Part shown: positions 25,163 through 25,832 of the stretch, in pieces | Numbering within the stretch: the stretch's first letter is position 1 | How the letters are laid out: each line of letters opens with the position of its first letter | Virus record (IMG/VR): IMGVR_UViG_3300032295_001153 | Coordinates: 1 to 25,832 of that record | Origin: a virus | Taxonomy: Duplodnaviria; Caudoviricetes | Length of the DNA stretch: 25,832 bases | Reading direction: 5' to 3' (one strand) | The notes under the pieces: model-generated | What the model saw: only the letters and a program-made list of their open reading frames with translations | The model's database searches: none | Told to the model about the DNA's origin: nothing | Translations under genes and position numbers: made by a program

Positions 25163-25832
25163 TAATATTTCCCTGATGGATTTAATGTCGGAGGAATACC
25201 TGCACGACTTACTTTACTGTAAAATGCTTTTGCATTTTTCTTAATACTGTCTGGTTTAACATCTACAGTTAACGCTGTTTTAAAGCGAGGATCGTTTTTT
25301 TCTTTTTCGCTTGGAATGTAACCACTTGCCTCATTGACTTTTGACTGACCTTGTTGTTCTTTATACCATTCATATGCTTCTTGACTCAATTGTCTTGCAC
25401 CCCACCTGCCCATGGCACTGGCCTTATCATATATTTCTTCTGTGCCTGGTTTTCCCATATATGGTTTGAATTTAGGATCTTTGGCATATTCCTTGGCCGC
25501 CGCTCTAAGTTTACTGCCGTCTGGGTCATATGCTTGCCATGCTCTATTAGCGGCCAACTCCATGTCCATGGACTCAAATATGGTCTGTTCAATCTTAGCA
25601 GGTGTAACCACGATTGCTTGTTTACGATTGCTAATTGTTTTATGTTGTTTAATAATTCTAGGATCTAGTACAACACCTTGTGTAGGTTCGTTGTAAGCAA
25701 TCCAACCATCGCCATCATCAAACACACTGGTAAAGCCCAAGTCTCTAAGCACTTTGTTCCAACGAACAATATTGGTTTCATCACTCTTACCTAGTCTACT
25801 CAAGCAGTCATAAATGAACCAGTATGGTGTGC
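25162..25832 (-). CDS. Hypothetical modular protein, 5' end outside the window
   Basis: Frame stays open upstream of the track start 25803 to the window edge (..TPYWFIYDCLSRLG); C-terminal module after VNE (ASGYIPSEKEKNDPRFKTALTVDV). Confidence 0.75.
   Translation of the reverse strand, partial: TPYWFIYDCLSRLGKSDETNIVRWNKVLRDLGFTSVFDDGDGWIAYNEPTQGVVLDPRIIKQHKTISNRKQAIVVTPAKIEQTIFESMDMELAANRAWQAYDPDGSKLRAAAKEYAKDPKFKPYMGKPGTEEIYDKASAMGRWGARQLSQEAYEWYKEQQGQSKVNEASGYIPSEKEKNDPRFKTALTVDVKPDSIKKNAKAFYSKVSRAGIPPTLNPSGKY

Noticed and set aside
3006-25592. Nested minus-strand alternate-frame ORFs (3006-3200, 3525-3782, 10692-10901, 20738-20992, 22130-22378, 25386-25592)
   Set aside because: Fully inside longer genes; the QSQR repeat in 20738-20992 is just another frame of the PKPEK linker.
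156-25696. All + strand ORFs in the track (e.g. 2484-2792, 4134-4532, 20287-20736, 22998-23357)
   Set aside because: They lie antisense to well-supported minus-strand genes and show no recognisable motifs.

Overview
AT-rich segment of a large T4-like (myovirus-type) dsDNA phage genome. About 35 genes are tightly packed on the minus strand, mostly joined by TAATG/ATGA overlaps; the + strand ORFs in the track are antisense shadows. In transcription order (right to left): (i) a probable late/virion block (~25832-16502) with three lectin-type proteins sharing an N-terminal anchor, modular proteins with T4-type capsid-targeting N-termini, Dps, two kinase-fold proteins, a GC-rich structured intergenic RNA candidate, a secreted thermonuclease and an HExxH protein; (ii) two tandem TEKT-motif glycosyltransferase-like genes, a minimal TilS, a DsbA-like dsDNA-binding protein, FkbM and SGNH-like genes; (iii) family B DNA polymerase and sliding clamp; (iv) a 7-deazaguanine DNA-modification cluster: TGT-fold DpdA, a QueD paralogue with LxxxHRHxF (DpdL-like), a cytidylyltransferase-cupin fusion, a GT-B glycosyltransferase and FolE, plus an Hc1-like protein. 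Best novelty candidates: a possibly glycosylated, clamp-coupled deazaguanine modification; the unassigned pseudoknot-capable RNA at ~17781-17892; and head-packaged, protease-cleaved polyproteins carrying kinases. All assignments come from reading motifs by eye; no searches were run.
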